Below are positions 9,797 to 22,044 of a DNA stretch of 64,000 bases, in pieces. Within the stretch, counting starts at the first letter, position 1. The number at the start of each line of letters is the position of its first letter. Origin of the DNA: Macrostomum lignano (lineage: Eukaryota); assembly GCA_002269645.1 (NCBI GenBank), contig NIVC01003470.1, positions 32,259-96,258 on the forward strand. Reading direction: 5' to 3'. The position numbers were made by a program, and so were the translations under genes. The notes beneath the pieces were generated by a model that had not been told where the DNA came from, ran no database searches, and saw only the letters and a list, made by a program, of their open reading frames with translations.

Positions 9797-11656
9797 ATGG
9801 CAGGCGCATATCCATGTGTGGTCTGTCTGCAGCCAGTTTGCGATGGACAAGAAGCAATTGAGTGTTCTCAATGCTTGAATTGGCAGCACCGTGCATGTGA
9901 CAGTCGCGTCACGATCAATCAGTATTCTGCAATGAGAAATGTTGGTGAGTTTTTCTGGCTTTGCAATCAATGCAATAGACGGGCTCCTGCAGGTAACTTA
10001 GCAGTGTCTCAAGCTGCAGATGCTGCAGTGGTACATGTACAAGCCCCGAATTCTGGACCAGCGGCTGTTCCTCTGCCTGCTGAAAATCCAGAACCAGTGC
10101 ATTTGATTCTGGCACAAGCAGAAAATTTTCTTTACCAGTATCCAGATTTCAATGACCCTGATCCAGCTCTGGAAGAATCCATTCAAATTCCTCCAGCAGA
10201 GCTTGCACCACCCCGCAGCCCACCTCCCCAGCCCTTTGAGATTCTTACAGGTGCAGGATGCAGTCACGGAAAAGACCTTCTAGTGCAGTATGCCCAACGA
10301 GACCTTGGCCATCTGATGGATGAAAAAACGCGGCGAAATGGCAACATATACTATCGCTGCACTAAGCATTTATCACTGCACTTTCATGGCTCCGCAGTCT
10401 GCCGTGCTGATGGAACCATACAAGCCCTTGCTCCGCACACGTGCGATCCAGTTGATCGGCCAGCTCAGAAGAGAAAGGCAGCAAAGGAGGTAAAGGAGGG
10501 AGCAAAGCGCATGTTGTTTACCTCTGCTAGAATTATCGCGGAGGAGAAGGTAAGAGAATTTTCACCTGAAGTGCAGGAGGTGCTTAGTATTGAGTCATTG
10601 AGTCGTAATGCTAATTACAGTCGCAAAAAAGATCGCCCTATGGAACCTGTTGACGTACATTTCCAAGTTGATCCTAGACATGTACCTGCCCAGTTTCATT
10701 TGCAGGATGTGACAGTTCCTGAGACAAACAGGCGACACTTCGTCTTCATGACAACAACTCAGCGAGAACTGTTATCAACCCGACGAATCTTGAAGTGCGA
10801 CGAAACTTTTAGCATTGTCAAGGCACCTTTCAAACAGCTTTACAGTGTACACGGCGCAATTTGCTTTGATGGGCAAGAAAGGCTGGTACCACTTGCCTTC
10901 TTTTTGATGTCCGGTAAGGCTCAAGCTGATTATCAAGCCTGCTTTCGTTGCCTTTGGGAGTCAACAGATAATGCGCCAATCAAGTTCACCTGTGACTTTG
11001 AAGCTGCTGCTTGGCAAGCAATTCGGCTGGTATATCCAGGTGCGCAAGTTTGCGGCTGCTTCTTCCATTATTGTCAAGCTGTCTTCAGGCATGTCCAAAA
11101 TCTTGGCCTTCAGGTGCAGTATTCCACTGTTCCAGCAGTTAAGTTGGTTGTACGCATGCTTCTCTTGATTCCATGCTTGCCATCCACTTGTATGCTTGAT
11201 GGTCTGGCAGCCTGCATTCAACTGGCAATAGGTAATGAGCTACTCCTACAGCTAGCCGAGTATGTGCGCACTACCTGGCTGCAGCATCTTGTCTGGGACC
11301 GTGATGCTATCTGCATCTTCGAGCAGTACAAGAGGACCAACAACGACGTAGAAGCCTGGCATGGTCAACTCAACAAGCGTGGACAGAAGCCGCTGAACTT
11401 CTACCTTCTGCTGGACCTGCTACAGCGTGATGCTGAACGGGTGCGACGGCTACAGCAGCAAGTTCACAGGGGCCAGGTTGTTACTCATCACCAGCAGGTG
11501 CATGCCAGGTACGCACGAGTGAATGCTGCCTTCGAGACGCATTGCAAACATCTTAGAGAAAGTACACTTTCAATTGCGGCCTTTCTAAGGGCCTGCAGCC
11601 ATCTGCACACTCAGCCTGTCTGGCAGGTACAGCAGCCTGCAGATGAGGAGGCTTAA
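9797..11656 (+). CDS. MULE transposase, 619 aa, with N-terminal PHD finger and FLYWCH-like zinc finger
   Basis: PHD CVVC..CSQC..HRAC..WLCNQC; YYRC..HTC; catalytic KCDETF, TCDFE, CFFH, TNNDVEAWH. Confidence 0.92.
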   Translation: MAGAYPCVVCLQPVCDGQEAIECSQCLNWQHRACDSRVTINQYSAMRNVGEFFWLCNQCNRRAPAGNLAVSQAADAAVVHVQAPNSGPAAVPLPAENPEPVHLILAQAENFLYQYPDFNDPDPALEESIQIPPAELAPPRSPPPQPFEILTGAGCSHGKDLLVQYAQRDLGHLMDEKTRRNGNIYYRCTKHLSLHFHGSAVCRADGTIQALAPHTCDPVDRPAQKRKAAKEVKEGAKRMLFTSARIIAEEKVREFSPEVQEVLSIESLSRNANYSRKKDRPMEPVDVHFQVDPRHVPAQFHLQDVTVPETNRRHFVFMTTTQRELLSTRRILKCDETFSIVKAPFKQLYSVHGAICFDGQERLVPLAFFLMSGKAQADYQACFRCLWESTDNAPIKFTCDFEAAAWQAIRLVYPGAQVCGCFFHYCQAVFRHVQNLGLQVQYSTVPAVKLVVRMLLLIPCLPSTCMLDGLAACIQLAIGNELLLQLAEYVRTTWLQHLVWDRDAICIFEQYKRTNNDVEAWHGQLNKRGQKPLNFYLLLDLLQRDAERVRRLQQQVHRGQVVTHHQQVHARYARVNAAFETHCKHLRESTLSIAAFLRACSHLHTQPVWQVQQPADEEA

Positions 11657-11692
11657 AACCTAATCAACTACCCAAGCCGCCCACCCACATCT

Positions 11693-12220
11693 ATTGCCAT
11701 TTCAGATCATAACGAGTTAAAAAAACCAAAAAAATCCGCACTTACTTAATATACTGCACCCATTGCTATAATTTGCTTGAACTTTGTCATCTATCCATGC
11801 CACCCGTACCATATTGCCATTTCAGATCATAACGAGTTAAAAAAGCCAAAAAAATCCGCACTTACTTAATATACTGCACCCATTGCTATAATTTGCTTGA
11901 ACTTTGTCATCTATCCATGCCACCCGTACCTTATTGCCATTTCAGATCATAACGAGTTAAAAAAGCCAAAAAAATCCGCACTTACTTAATATACTGCACC
12001 CATTGCTATAATTTGCTTGAACTTTGTCATCTATCCATGCCACCCGTACCATATTGCCATTTCAGATCATAACGAGTTAAAAAAGCCAAAAAAATCCGCA
12101 CTTACTTAATATACTGCACCCATTGCTATAATTTGCTTGAACTTTGTCATCTATCCATGCCACCCGTACCTTATTGCCATTTCAGATCATAACGAGTTAA
12201 AAAAAACAAAAAATCCGCAC
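11693..12220. repeat. 120-bp tandem array, about 4.4 copies
   Basis: Near-identical units attgccatttcagatcataacgag... with exact 120-bp period. Confidence 0.97.
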
Positions 12221-13279
12221 CTTCTTAGTTTCTGCACATTTGCACATTTCTTGCCAGATATTACACTTTGTTTTACGCTCAAATTTGGGATGGGGGGGGG
12301 TTCATTGCGTCGCACTTACAAAGCAAGCAGCCTTTACTTGGGCTAGTCACTGCATGTATGTGTGACTCAGTGCACTTCTGCCTCCGTAATTCATCAGCAT
12401 CTCATCATCCCCATCATTATGCATGATATTATATGAGCTACATATACAAGCTATTAAAATGCAAATATGAGATACCTTTTGCACCCACATTCGCAGAACA
12501 GGCCTGATGAAAGATTTCATAGAAAAACAATTTATTCATTGCTACAAGCTACAAGCTGTTGTCAATTCGTTGGTATCTAGAAATAATATGAAATATTGTG
12601 AATGGGTGGCAACTGATACAGTTTTTTTATTTTTGATTTCTACTTCTATTGAGTTCACATACGAGCCGTATTCCAAAAGGTAGGCGGGGTTGCTGTCAAT
12701 TCAAGCTTGAATGAGCAAAGAGTTAATTTATGGTCAAACAGTCCTCACAGTGCTCCCCTAGTGGTAGTGATGCCTCACGGATCATTACACTCAAGCCAAC
12801 CCTATAGAGCAACTTTTTTTTCAATCTTGGCCTATACTGATACAATACGATTGGAAGTCATAAATACAGTCTAAATAACTGACTGGCTTGCGTGGCTTGC
12901 ATGGAGATAAAAATCTATCTATATAAAACAGCTCACATCAAATCAGCCATATCATTATTTTTCGTTGCAATCTTTTTTCAGTTTTAACATTTTTAACCAA
13001 CTGCTATGGTTGGTAACCATGATAACAATCTGGCTTGTAAATAAATAACTCAATATAATGACTTTGCATGCAGCACTTAGCATGAAGCCTCAGATTTATT
13101 TATGTAAATATCATTTGTACTCTTTATGCACTGCGGCAAATTTGCACAGATATGAGATGCATGTATTTTTCAGCAAGTACATACCCAAAAAATGCAAGGC
13201 TTCAACCAAAGTCTAACAATTCTGAAATATCGTCAAAATAAGCTGAACCTCTAAATACATGTACAGATACAAGTCTGAT

Positions 13280-13790
13280 ACAAACAGAAGAGAAAAGAGA
13301 TCAGATAGGAGAGATAAAAGAGGAGAAAGGAGAGATGAGAGAGCAGAGTTGAGAAATGAGACAGTAGAGCTAGAACAGAGGAGAGAGGAGAGGGAAGAGA
13401 TTATAGAGACGAGTGGAGAGAGAAGAGAAATATGTGAGAGCAGACATGAGAGACAATGGGAGAGAAGTGGAGTGAAGGAGAAAGGAGAATCAAGAGGACA
13501 GGAAGAGAGGAGAAGGGAGAGAAGAGAGATGAGAAGAAATAGAATGGAGAAGGGAGAGAGTAGAAAGGAGAAGAGAGATGGGAGAGCAGGAGAGATGAGA
13601 GGGAGGAGAGAGTAGAGAGGGGAGGTGAAAGAGTAAAGAGGAGAAAGTTGAGAGAAGAGTTGGGAGAGTTGGGAAAAAAGAGGAGAGATGTTAAAGGAGA
13701 GTATAGATAAGAGATGAGAGAGAGGAGATAAGACAAGAAAAAAATAATAGGAGAGAGGGTCGAGATGATAGAGGAGAGAGAATAGAGAAT
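13280..13790 (+). repeat. AG-rich polypurine low-complexity tract
   Basis: Nearly pure A/G; source of spurious S/L-rich and R/E-rich ORFs. Confidence 0.9.
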
Positions 13791-14549
13791 TTCGCACTGA
13801 CCTACGAGGTGCAAACAAACACGAGAAATCAAACTGAAATGTGCTAATTTTAACAGTCTCAGACTTCCATTGTTCCTACAAAATTTTAAACAGCGGGGCA
13901 GGACCTCCTGCGGGGCAGACCCATAGAAATCTTTCCGGTTTCCAAGATAATATTGACTTATAGGGAATAAACACATACCATACAAGCTCAAATTTGAGCT
14001 CAAAGTTCGAGCTCAAATATGAGCTCAAATCCTAAATATATAAACATCGCCACATGAGCATGGAGTCACAACATAGTTTGAATATAATGGAAAGCGCACG
14101 TAAATAAGCGAAAAGCGGTATCCAACGGGGCAACACAAGCAAAATTTCAATATACTAATTGGGAGGGGATTAAGCAATCACGGGCTGACTACCATTCTGC
14201 CACTCAGCGGGGGTCGAACGGGAGACTAACTCCTAAAAAATAAATTTTCTTAGTCCTATAATCTTTAATAGCATGACATCGCCTTCACACATGGGGGCTC
14301 CAAGGCCTCCATGCTCCTTCCAGTGATTTTTTTAGAATAGTCTTTGGCTCTTAGCAAAGACAGCGCACTGCCCCCATCCACCAGAAGGTGCATGGGTGGG
14401 CACATTCTCGATTGGATATTTTACAACAAAATCTCTCCTGCGTTGCCTTCTAGCTGGCCTCAGCTGGTACAAGTCGGGCACTTTTTCAAACATAGGCTTC
14501 TTTCCTATGTTTGCTATCTATCTTTCCTATCTTTCCTTCTTTCCTAAGG

Positions 14550-15545
14550 GGAGAGAGTGGAGACCAGAGATAAATAAGAAGAGAGAGCAAAGATGAAAGA
14601 GAAGAGAGGTGAGGGAAGATCGACGAGAGAAGATGGGAGAGAGGAGATAGGAAAGAAGAGAAGAGAAGAAAGAGAGAAGAGAGAGAGAGAGAAAACAAAA
14701 TAGAAGATAGAAGTTTCAAAGGATCCGAGGGACATAGAGAGAGACAAGAGGCCAGAGATTTTGCCAATACATGTTTTCAAAAGACAAGTTTTTGTTTGAG
14801 TATGACTTCAGATTTTAGAACTAGATATAAGCTGAGCTGAGAGAGAAGATGAAAGTAGAGGCTGAGAGTAGAGAGAGGCTGAGAGTGGAGAGGCTGAGAA
14901 TAGAGAGGTTGAGAGTAGATAGAGGCTGAGAGTAGAGAGGTTGAGAGTAGAGAGGCTAGTTCACATTGTTCTCAATCCCATTCCACTATACATGTAGTTT
15001 TTATCTAATGTGACTAAGCCAGGTGCTTTTAGTGCAGGGGTTGGCAAACTTTTTACCTCGATTGAGAACCCAGCTCATGACTGCCCTTCTATAGTCTGCT
15101 TCGTTGGCCCCTAAAGCGAAGCGAGGAGTCCTGATGACAGCAGGCCAGAGGTGAGGAGAGAGGGTAAGGAATAGAGAAGAGAAATACAAGCATAGGATAA
15201 AGGAGAGGCGAAGGAATAAAGGAGAAGAGAGTTGATGAGAGGAGAGATTAAATATGAGCAGAGAGAGATCAGAGGATAAGGGAGATTAATGGAGAGGAGA
15301 AAGGCGGGAAGGGAGAAGAGAATGAAGAGGAAAAGGGAGATGAGAGCAGAGGTGAGGAGAGAAGAGAGGATAGAGATGAGGAGAGAGGAGAGGAGAGAGG
15401 TGAGGAGAGGAGAAGGCAAGAGATGAGAGAGGAGAGGGCAGAGATGAGAGGAAGAAAAGATTAGAGACAAGAGAGCAGAGATAAGAGAGAAAAGATAAGA
15501 GACAAGAGTGTAGAGATGAGAGAAAAGATCAGAGAAAAGAGGGCA
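14550..15545 (+). repeat. AG-rich tracts with an embedded hAT-like end (CAGGGGTTGGCAAAC at 15035) and a segment shared with 22055-22130
   Basis: gaagatagaagtttcaaaggatcc..gccaatacatgtttt occurs at ~14703 and ~22055. Confidence 0.75.
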
Positions 15546-18500
15546 CTCCAATTTTTGCTTACTTCTATCATAACTAATACCTTTAATCTCTACCTTTAAC
15601 TTTTAACATATACAAACAACACATCAGTTTTAGTATATTAAAGATAGGTTTGAAACTATTATCCATGATCCAAAAACCAAATGTATTGTGCTAGTAGTGC
15701 TACTAGCTTTAGTAGGTAGTAATACCTGCTATAAAGGGAATTGTTTTTTGTTATACTTAGTCTAATTTCACTAACGAAATCTGTCTTCTCCGAGACTTGA
15801 AGCTAGGTCATACCCTCCCAATCACAGCCAATAGGAAATGAGACAATATATAGACCTATTCCTATCCAAGCAGCCATTCAGAGCTGTGGCCATCTTGGTG
15901 TGTGGCCATCTTGGTCATGCGCCAATAATATTAAAAATTAAAATTAAAAAAAAATAAATTAATACACCCTTGCCTTTGGCTTTGGTCAAAGTCGTCATAT
16001 TTAAATTTTTAAGTCTTCCAGATTTGTTCAAATTGTCATCATCATATGACAATTTTGAATATGACGATTTTGGCTGCACCCTCCTTAAAAAGGCCTGCCC
16101 TTATGCTATCATAACATTTTGACTATAGAGATATTTTTATGCTTTGTATATGCAAAACTGATACTATTTTAAGAATTCCTAATATATCAATGCACAAATT
16201 CAAATGTTATGATTATGAAGATGTATCCTAGATAAAATTACCTACTCACATTATTACCCAATGTTTATGTTATAAGTTAAGCACTAGAAAAATATTATAG
16301 GCCTATTGCAGTGGAAAAACTACAGCTTCCTCATATCTAAAGGAAAAATAAAAGGAGCAGCATGCAAATCCATGATACAATTGACATGCTTTGCTTTAGG
16401 GGAAGGGTAGGTATAATATGGTTGCCTAATATTAATAATAGGACAGAGAAAATGACTCAAGTAAATGTTATTTACGAAACTTTGAACGAGCTTTAACGAC
16501 AATTAACGAAGAAAAAAAGTATGAGGAATTAAAAAGACAAGTATTGTTTGAATTTGATGTATGTAGTTGGTGATTTTGAACAAATCAGTTTAACCCGTAG
16601 GTGATAAAAAAGTATATAGGTATTAATCAGATAATACCAAATTTGTATTAAATATGGTATTTGAAAGAGCGTATAGGATTTTTTATAGGGCTAGGTTGGC
16701 AATTTGTCTGCATTCGAATTTGTGCACTTCAAGCCGGAAATTTTTACCGCAATGCATTTGTTTGAATTTGCATTGTTTACTCTGTCTAACTACGCAGGTA
16801 CTCAATTTCAGGGAAGGGTAGTAAACATATTGTAGTTGAGCGGACCTCATTCTTCTATATAATATACTGTTTTTTTAATTTGCCAGGGCATTACAATATA
16901 TTACTTTGCCAAAATGTCACGTAGTCCCTTTCAAGTTTCTCGTTGCGCTTCTGTCTGAAATCGAAATGAATTTAACTTTAACAGATGATGGTGTTTCAAT
17001 ATAATTTGTATATTTATAGGCGCCATCGCAGTATACAATTTTAAGTACAATATATTTCTAAATAATAGTTTTTACACTGATTTAAAAAGGGCCTATATTT
17101 TTATATTATATAATAAAAATAGGTGGAGCAGGCTAGGGGCTTAGGGCCTAGTTGAAGGCTTTTTTGTGCATTCATTAGGCCTATCTCCCAAAAAAGCAAA
17201 CTTGTGAAGTTGCCATTGCCAATGCTAGAAGTTGCTTTTTGTTTTTGTCAACTATTATTAACAATGACAATAGTACTAGTAGTTGTAGAAGGGAAAGGCT
17301 GCATAGTCAGCAATAGGGAAAAAAGCAAGCTTATAACTCGCAGTATAGGCCTAGCCAGTCTTTGGAAGAAAGTTATTATTATTTACTTGCTAGTAGGCCC
17401 CCCCCCTATTAGGCCTACAACCCTAAAAGAACTTTGGTTGGCAAGGCTTTATCCTCAAAAGCCCACATATGATTGGCACTTGCTCTTGGGTTTGTAGCAA
17501 TATACTTAGGCCTATGCCTATATTTCATCATATGTTATAATATAATGTCTAACAGATTTTGATATCCTATACTAAACCTATCTAGCATTTCCTAGTATAA
17601 GCTTATATATAAGCTTGCTTCTACTTGGTAGGCCCTAATGAGTAAATATGGCACTTAGTAACTAGTTCCACCAGTGAACGAGCCGAGAGCAAGAGAACCC
17701 GAGGCCCCACCAGGGGCCGAGGGCGAGTGAATAATTTCTACCCATGGCGGCCAAAGGCCGACATGGGCTAGAAAGTATTTACGAGTAAATAAGTTAGACT
17801 CCCATGCATTTTGAAATTTCACGTTTTTTCGCTAAAAATGCTCCCATTTTGCAACCACTGTACCGATTGAGTTGAGTGAGGTGTCGATCAATACAAAACT
17901 TTTAAATCTATCGAATGAATATACTTTTAAGTGCAGAGATTTTATTACTAAGCCGTAAATTAAGTGGAAAGACGATTTTTTCAAAAGTGCTTCTGGGAGA
18001 TCTCAAAATTCTGGTACACCTTACGAGATACGGCTTCGACATCTGAAGATCAAAGTTGTCAAATTAAATTTTCTACAAAATGGTATATGACACTTTAATT
18101 TATTTCAGCGTTTTTAAGCAGTTTTGGTGGGTTTTTTGGGTAAAAAAATGACCCTCATTTTATTTTTTCGTCACTTTTTCCTACAAAGGTTTTTTAGTTT
18201 GGGCTTCAAAGTAGTGCAGTTGGATGCGCAATGCAAAAATCTACAAGTGTCTAAAGTTTTGTTTTCCTACGATTCTGCAGTGCTGGGAAAATTGACAAAA
18301 ATCAATTTTTTAAAAAATCACATGACTTTCGCATTATTGCTCATTATAATTTTGAGAACATGGTGCGAATAAGCCGATTACGAATTTCTATAGCATAGTT
18401 GCTGCACTATATTGGTTTAAATTGCCGCCCTCTGATTTTGCTGCTTTCGGGTTAAAAAATCGATCAAAAATCGATAATTTGTGATTTTTGGCTGATTGGG

Positions 18501-21339
18501 TGCCAGAAAAATGGGTGATTAAATTTTTAAGAGAATGGTAGATCAAATGCGGATACTGCAACGAGTTGTACTAATGTCTGGCTAAAATTGACCAAGTTTT
18601 TGAGTGTCTGCAACAAGTGCTCATGTGTCAAAAGTGATTGGAAATCAATCAGAGTAGTGATTTTTTTATATTTTGCTTGAAATCAGGCAAAAAAAACGCA
18701 ATAAGACGGCATTATTTTTATGACGGCTGATTTCCCACATGACAAGGCATATTTGCGTGCAATTTCTAGAGATTCGGTTCATTGGGTAAAAAATTATCGA
18801 TAAAAAACTGAAAACTTGACTTTTTACTTTTTTGTTGGTTCCGGGGCTATTTAAACTGGAAATGGTAGGAATTTTGCACTGAAACCAATGCACAGTGTTC
18901 CATATAGATAATTTAACAAATTTCTTGAATTTCATAACCATTCGATGTTTTTTCATGTAAAAATGCCTTTTTTGCATCGAAATTCATCACATTAAGCTGT
19001 ATACCACTTTGCATAATCTGCATTTGCATGCGATTGCTTGCGTGGCTTTGGCGTTGGGCTGAGTTAGGCTGGTTAGAAAGGAAAGGAAGGAAGGAATAAT
19101 TGTACATCCAATGTACACTCCCGTCCCTTTTAACTGGGGTTGTGGCATATGGGCTTGGACCGGAGAGGCGTCAATAGAGCTTCATTTGCTTCGCGCACAG
19201 ACGAAGGAAAATTAGATCGATAAACGGGCGTCACGTGATTAGAATTTAGAGTTAAATTTAGCTCTTTAACTGCACATTTGAATTGCAAGCCCAGTACAAA
19301 GTTTGGCGGGTGGCAAGCTCCAAGTCACTACGTGTACAATCCTCCCCCAGACTATAAGCCAAGGTAAAGACTAAAAGGCTTATGTCCCTTATGAAGTAGC
19401 TATGTACAGTGTTTTGGAATGACTTTTATTTATAGCTTTCTTTGCAACCACGTTGAAGAAGAGGCTTAGGCTTTAGGGTATCTTTAGTGTACTATCTGTT
19501 TGAGAGTACGAGTATTGTCCCACAAAACTGGCCTGGCTTTCCAAGCACTTAAGCTGATGCCTGATGCTAAGAGGATCTGCGCAGAAACAACCAGCTTAAT
19601 AGGGTTGTATAACCATGCTAGCCGCTACGCGCTGGAGAGTAGAGAGTTAAGACAATTTTTTAGATCGAGGGCCTATTATAGAAGAATCCAGCTCATCGCT
19701 GCGGGCCAGCCGGTCAGATGAGACTGAGAGAGGAAATGAAAGAGAATAGAGAGAGAGAAGAGAAAAGAGGAGATAAAAGATAAGACGAGAGAAGCGAGAG
19801 GAGAAGGATGACTGGAGAGATATGATATGAGAGAAACACAACAGGCAGAGACAAAGAAATCGGAGAAGTAGAGACTAGAGACTTACATTTTTTGAGTTTC
19901 TCAAAGTTCTTTTTCATCGGTACAAAACTAGGTTTGTCAAGTAGTATGAAGACCCACGTCTATAATGAACCCCGTTCACTGGTGGCAAAAAGACGTGTGC
20001 GTCTTCATACTACTTGTCAGCTTGTAGATAATAAGATAGGGGGCCTAATTGCAAAAAAGAAGGTAAGAAGCAATTGTCAACAATGAAATACCTAGACATA
20101 CCTCAATTGTTTGATATGTCACTTGCTAATCAGTCTCAATCATATACTATAGGCAATTGATATTTTTAGATAATTGTTATAATTATTAAAATAGGTTGGT
20201 TTGGTCAGTCTAACCTTTATCTTCTAAGCTAGGCCTATCTTAGTTGCAGTTAATACTTGCAATTATATTAAATTACATTAATTACAATTAAACCTATATG
20301 TAATTTAATTGCTTGCCATCTACTATTAACTAGGCCTATATATAGTAAGTAGGCCTATTATATTACTATAGTGTATCTAGGATGTTTCTCTTTAAATAAT
20401 ATATAAAAAAATAGATTTATACAATTAAAAAATATTGCCTTTACCTTAAACAAATTATAATTGACTTATCTATGATAATTTTTCATTTATAAATTTTTAT
20501 TTTTTATTTATAGAAGGTATAGAAACTTATGTCATAAGTGTATTGTTTAATTATATATTTACAAGTAGAAAAAGATAAATTTATACTAATGACTTTAGCA
20601 ATTTTAACCTTTATAAAATAAATTATAAGTTCCTATAAAAGATAAAGTGCATGTATCTAATATTTCATATCTTTAAGTCCTATGTTAATAATCATCTTTT
20701 TAAAGTTCTTTAAAAATGAATAAATCTAGCCTACAAATTAAGCTATACTTTAGCAATAGAAGAGAAAGGGTTAGTATAAAGTCAGTAAAGAAGGCTATAG
20801 CCTAGGTCTCATATAGTTTATTTTATATTAGAAACATAGGGGCATAAAGGCTTTTGTTCTAGATGTCACCCAATTTTTCATATGGTATCCTCCAGTTTGG
20901 GGGGTTCTTTCTAGGAAAAAGCCAGACATTAAAATTTTATTTGATTTTCATCTAGACTAGGCAGTTGGCACTAAATCTGCAAGAATTCCTAGATCAAATC
21001 TAGAATTAAAGGTTTTGCTACATTTAGAATAATCTAGTTTATTTTTGGAATTTCTACTAGGCCCTAGCTAAAAACTAGGTGTTAACCAGTGAATAATCAG
21101 ACTAATTTCTTGCTAACTTCCAAAAAATGAAAAATGTTTCATTTTTCAACTGGAAAGAATATGGTTTTAATTTGTATATTCAACTGTCTAAGACTAGCTA
21201 AATAGTGGAGATGGAGAATATTCTGGACAAAACTGCAAGCAATGCTTTCTCATAGCACAATTCTCAAGTGGAACACTAGGAAAGAATACTATATTAGAAT
21301 TTGTGCATTTTTTTCTTGCTACTTTTTATAACTTTTATA

Positions 21340-21746
21340 AGAAAGGAAAGTGAGGAGACAAAAGAGGTGAAAGAAAAGAGTACAGAGGACAGAATGAGAG
21401 AACATATAAGACAGTAAAGATGACAGATGAAAGAGGGGGATAAGCTGAGAGCAGAGATGAAAATGAACAGATGAGAGATGGGAAAGTAGAGAGAACAAAG
21501 GAGAGATAAGAGAGAAGAGAGAGAAGAGATCAGAGAGCAAATAAAGACAAGAGAGAAGAGAGGTGAAGGAAAAGATGAGAGAAGAGTAAGAGGAGAGAAA
21601 AGAGAAAAGAAGAGAAAAGAGATGAGATAAAAGAGATGAAAAGGAAGAGAAATGAGGGAAGATACGAGAGGAGAGAGGAAAAAGAGAAGAGAGGAGAGAG
21701 AGCAGAGAGGAGAGACGAGGGATGAGAAAGAAGACAGGAAACAGAA
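21340..21746 (+). repeat. AG-rich polypurine tract (a similar tract lies at 19715-19880)
   Basis: Base composition. Confidence 0.9.
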
Positions 21747-22044
21747 CATACATGTGCAACCTCCAAAATTCGGTCAGCCGTGCGACTTAGTTTTAACAAA
21801 AAAGCGACGTAGTTTTTGGCCAAAAATGCGACTTACATATAACAAAACCCGAAAGCAAAATTAACGCAACTTTGGGTAAACGGCAGGAGTAACTATGACT
21901 GTTTTATTAAGCTAAAATGCCTCGTCAGCTACTTAGTACTACTACTTGGGTTATTTTTTGGGTGGGCATTTTTGCGACTTCCTTGGTTGGCCGCCAAATC
22001 GGTCGGCCAGATTGGCCAACTCGGCCGACTGTTGCGCATGTATG
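21747..22044. mobile_element. hAT-type MITE (298 bp) carrying a 28S rRNA-like fragment
   Basis: TIRs CATACATGTGCAAC / GTTGCGCATGTATG; perfect 8-bp TSD AAACAGAA (21739-21746, 22045-22052); subterminal TGCGACTT repeats. Confidence 0.88.
21874..21937 (+). pseudogene. Short degenerate eukaryotic 28S rRNA fragment spanning the R2/I-PpoI target region
   Basis: gggtaaacggcaggagtaactatgact...aaatgcctcgtcagctacttagt versus recalled 28S GGGTAAACGGCGGGAGTAACTATGACTCTCTTAAGGTAGCCAAATGCCTCGTCATCTAATTAGT. Confidence 0.85.

Larger units (their letters stand above)
9387..15923 (+). mobile_element. Mutator-like (MULE) DNA transposon, 6.5 kb, with about 4.3 kb of nested repeats
   Basis: ~42-bp TIRs ggtgtaagaccaagatggccacacaccaagatggccacagct and its inverted copy ending at 15923; 8-bp TSD AATAATAT (9379-9386, 15924-15931); encodes a transposase. 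Confidence 0.85.

Noticed and set aside
11693-12220. Regular repeats as a CRISPR array
   Set aside because: Contiguous 120-bp units with no unique spacers, no cas genes and a eukaryotic context
13213-15551. Long S/L/F-rich and R/E-rich ORFs (also at 19647-19917 and 21294-21864)
   Set aside because: By-products of AG/CT low-complexity tracts, with no domain motifs
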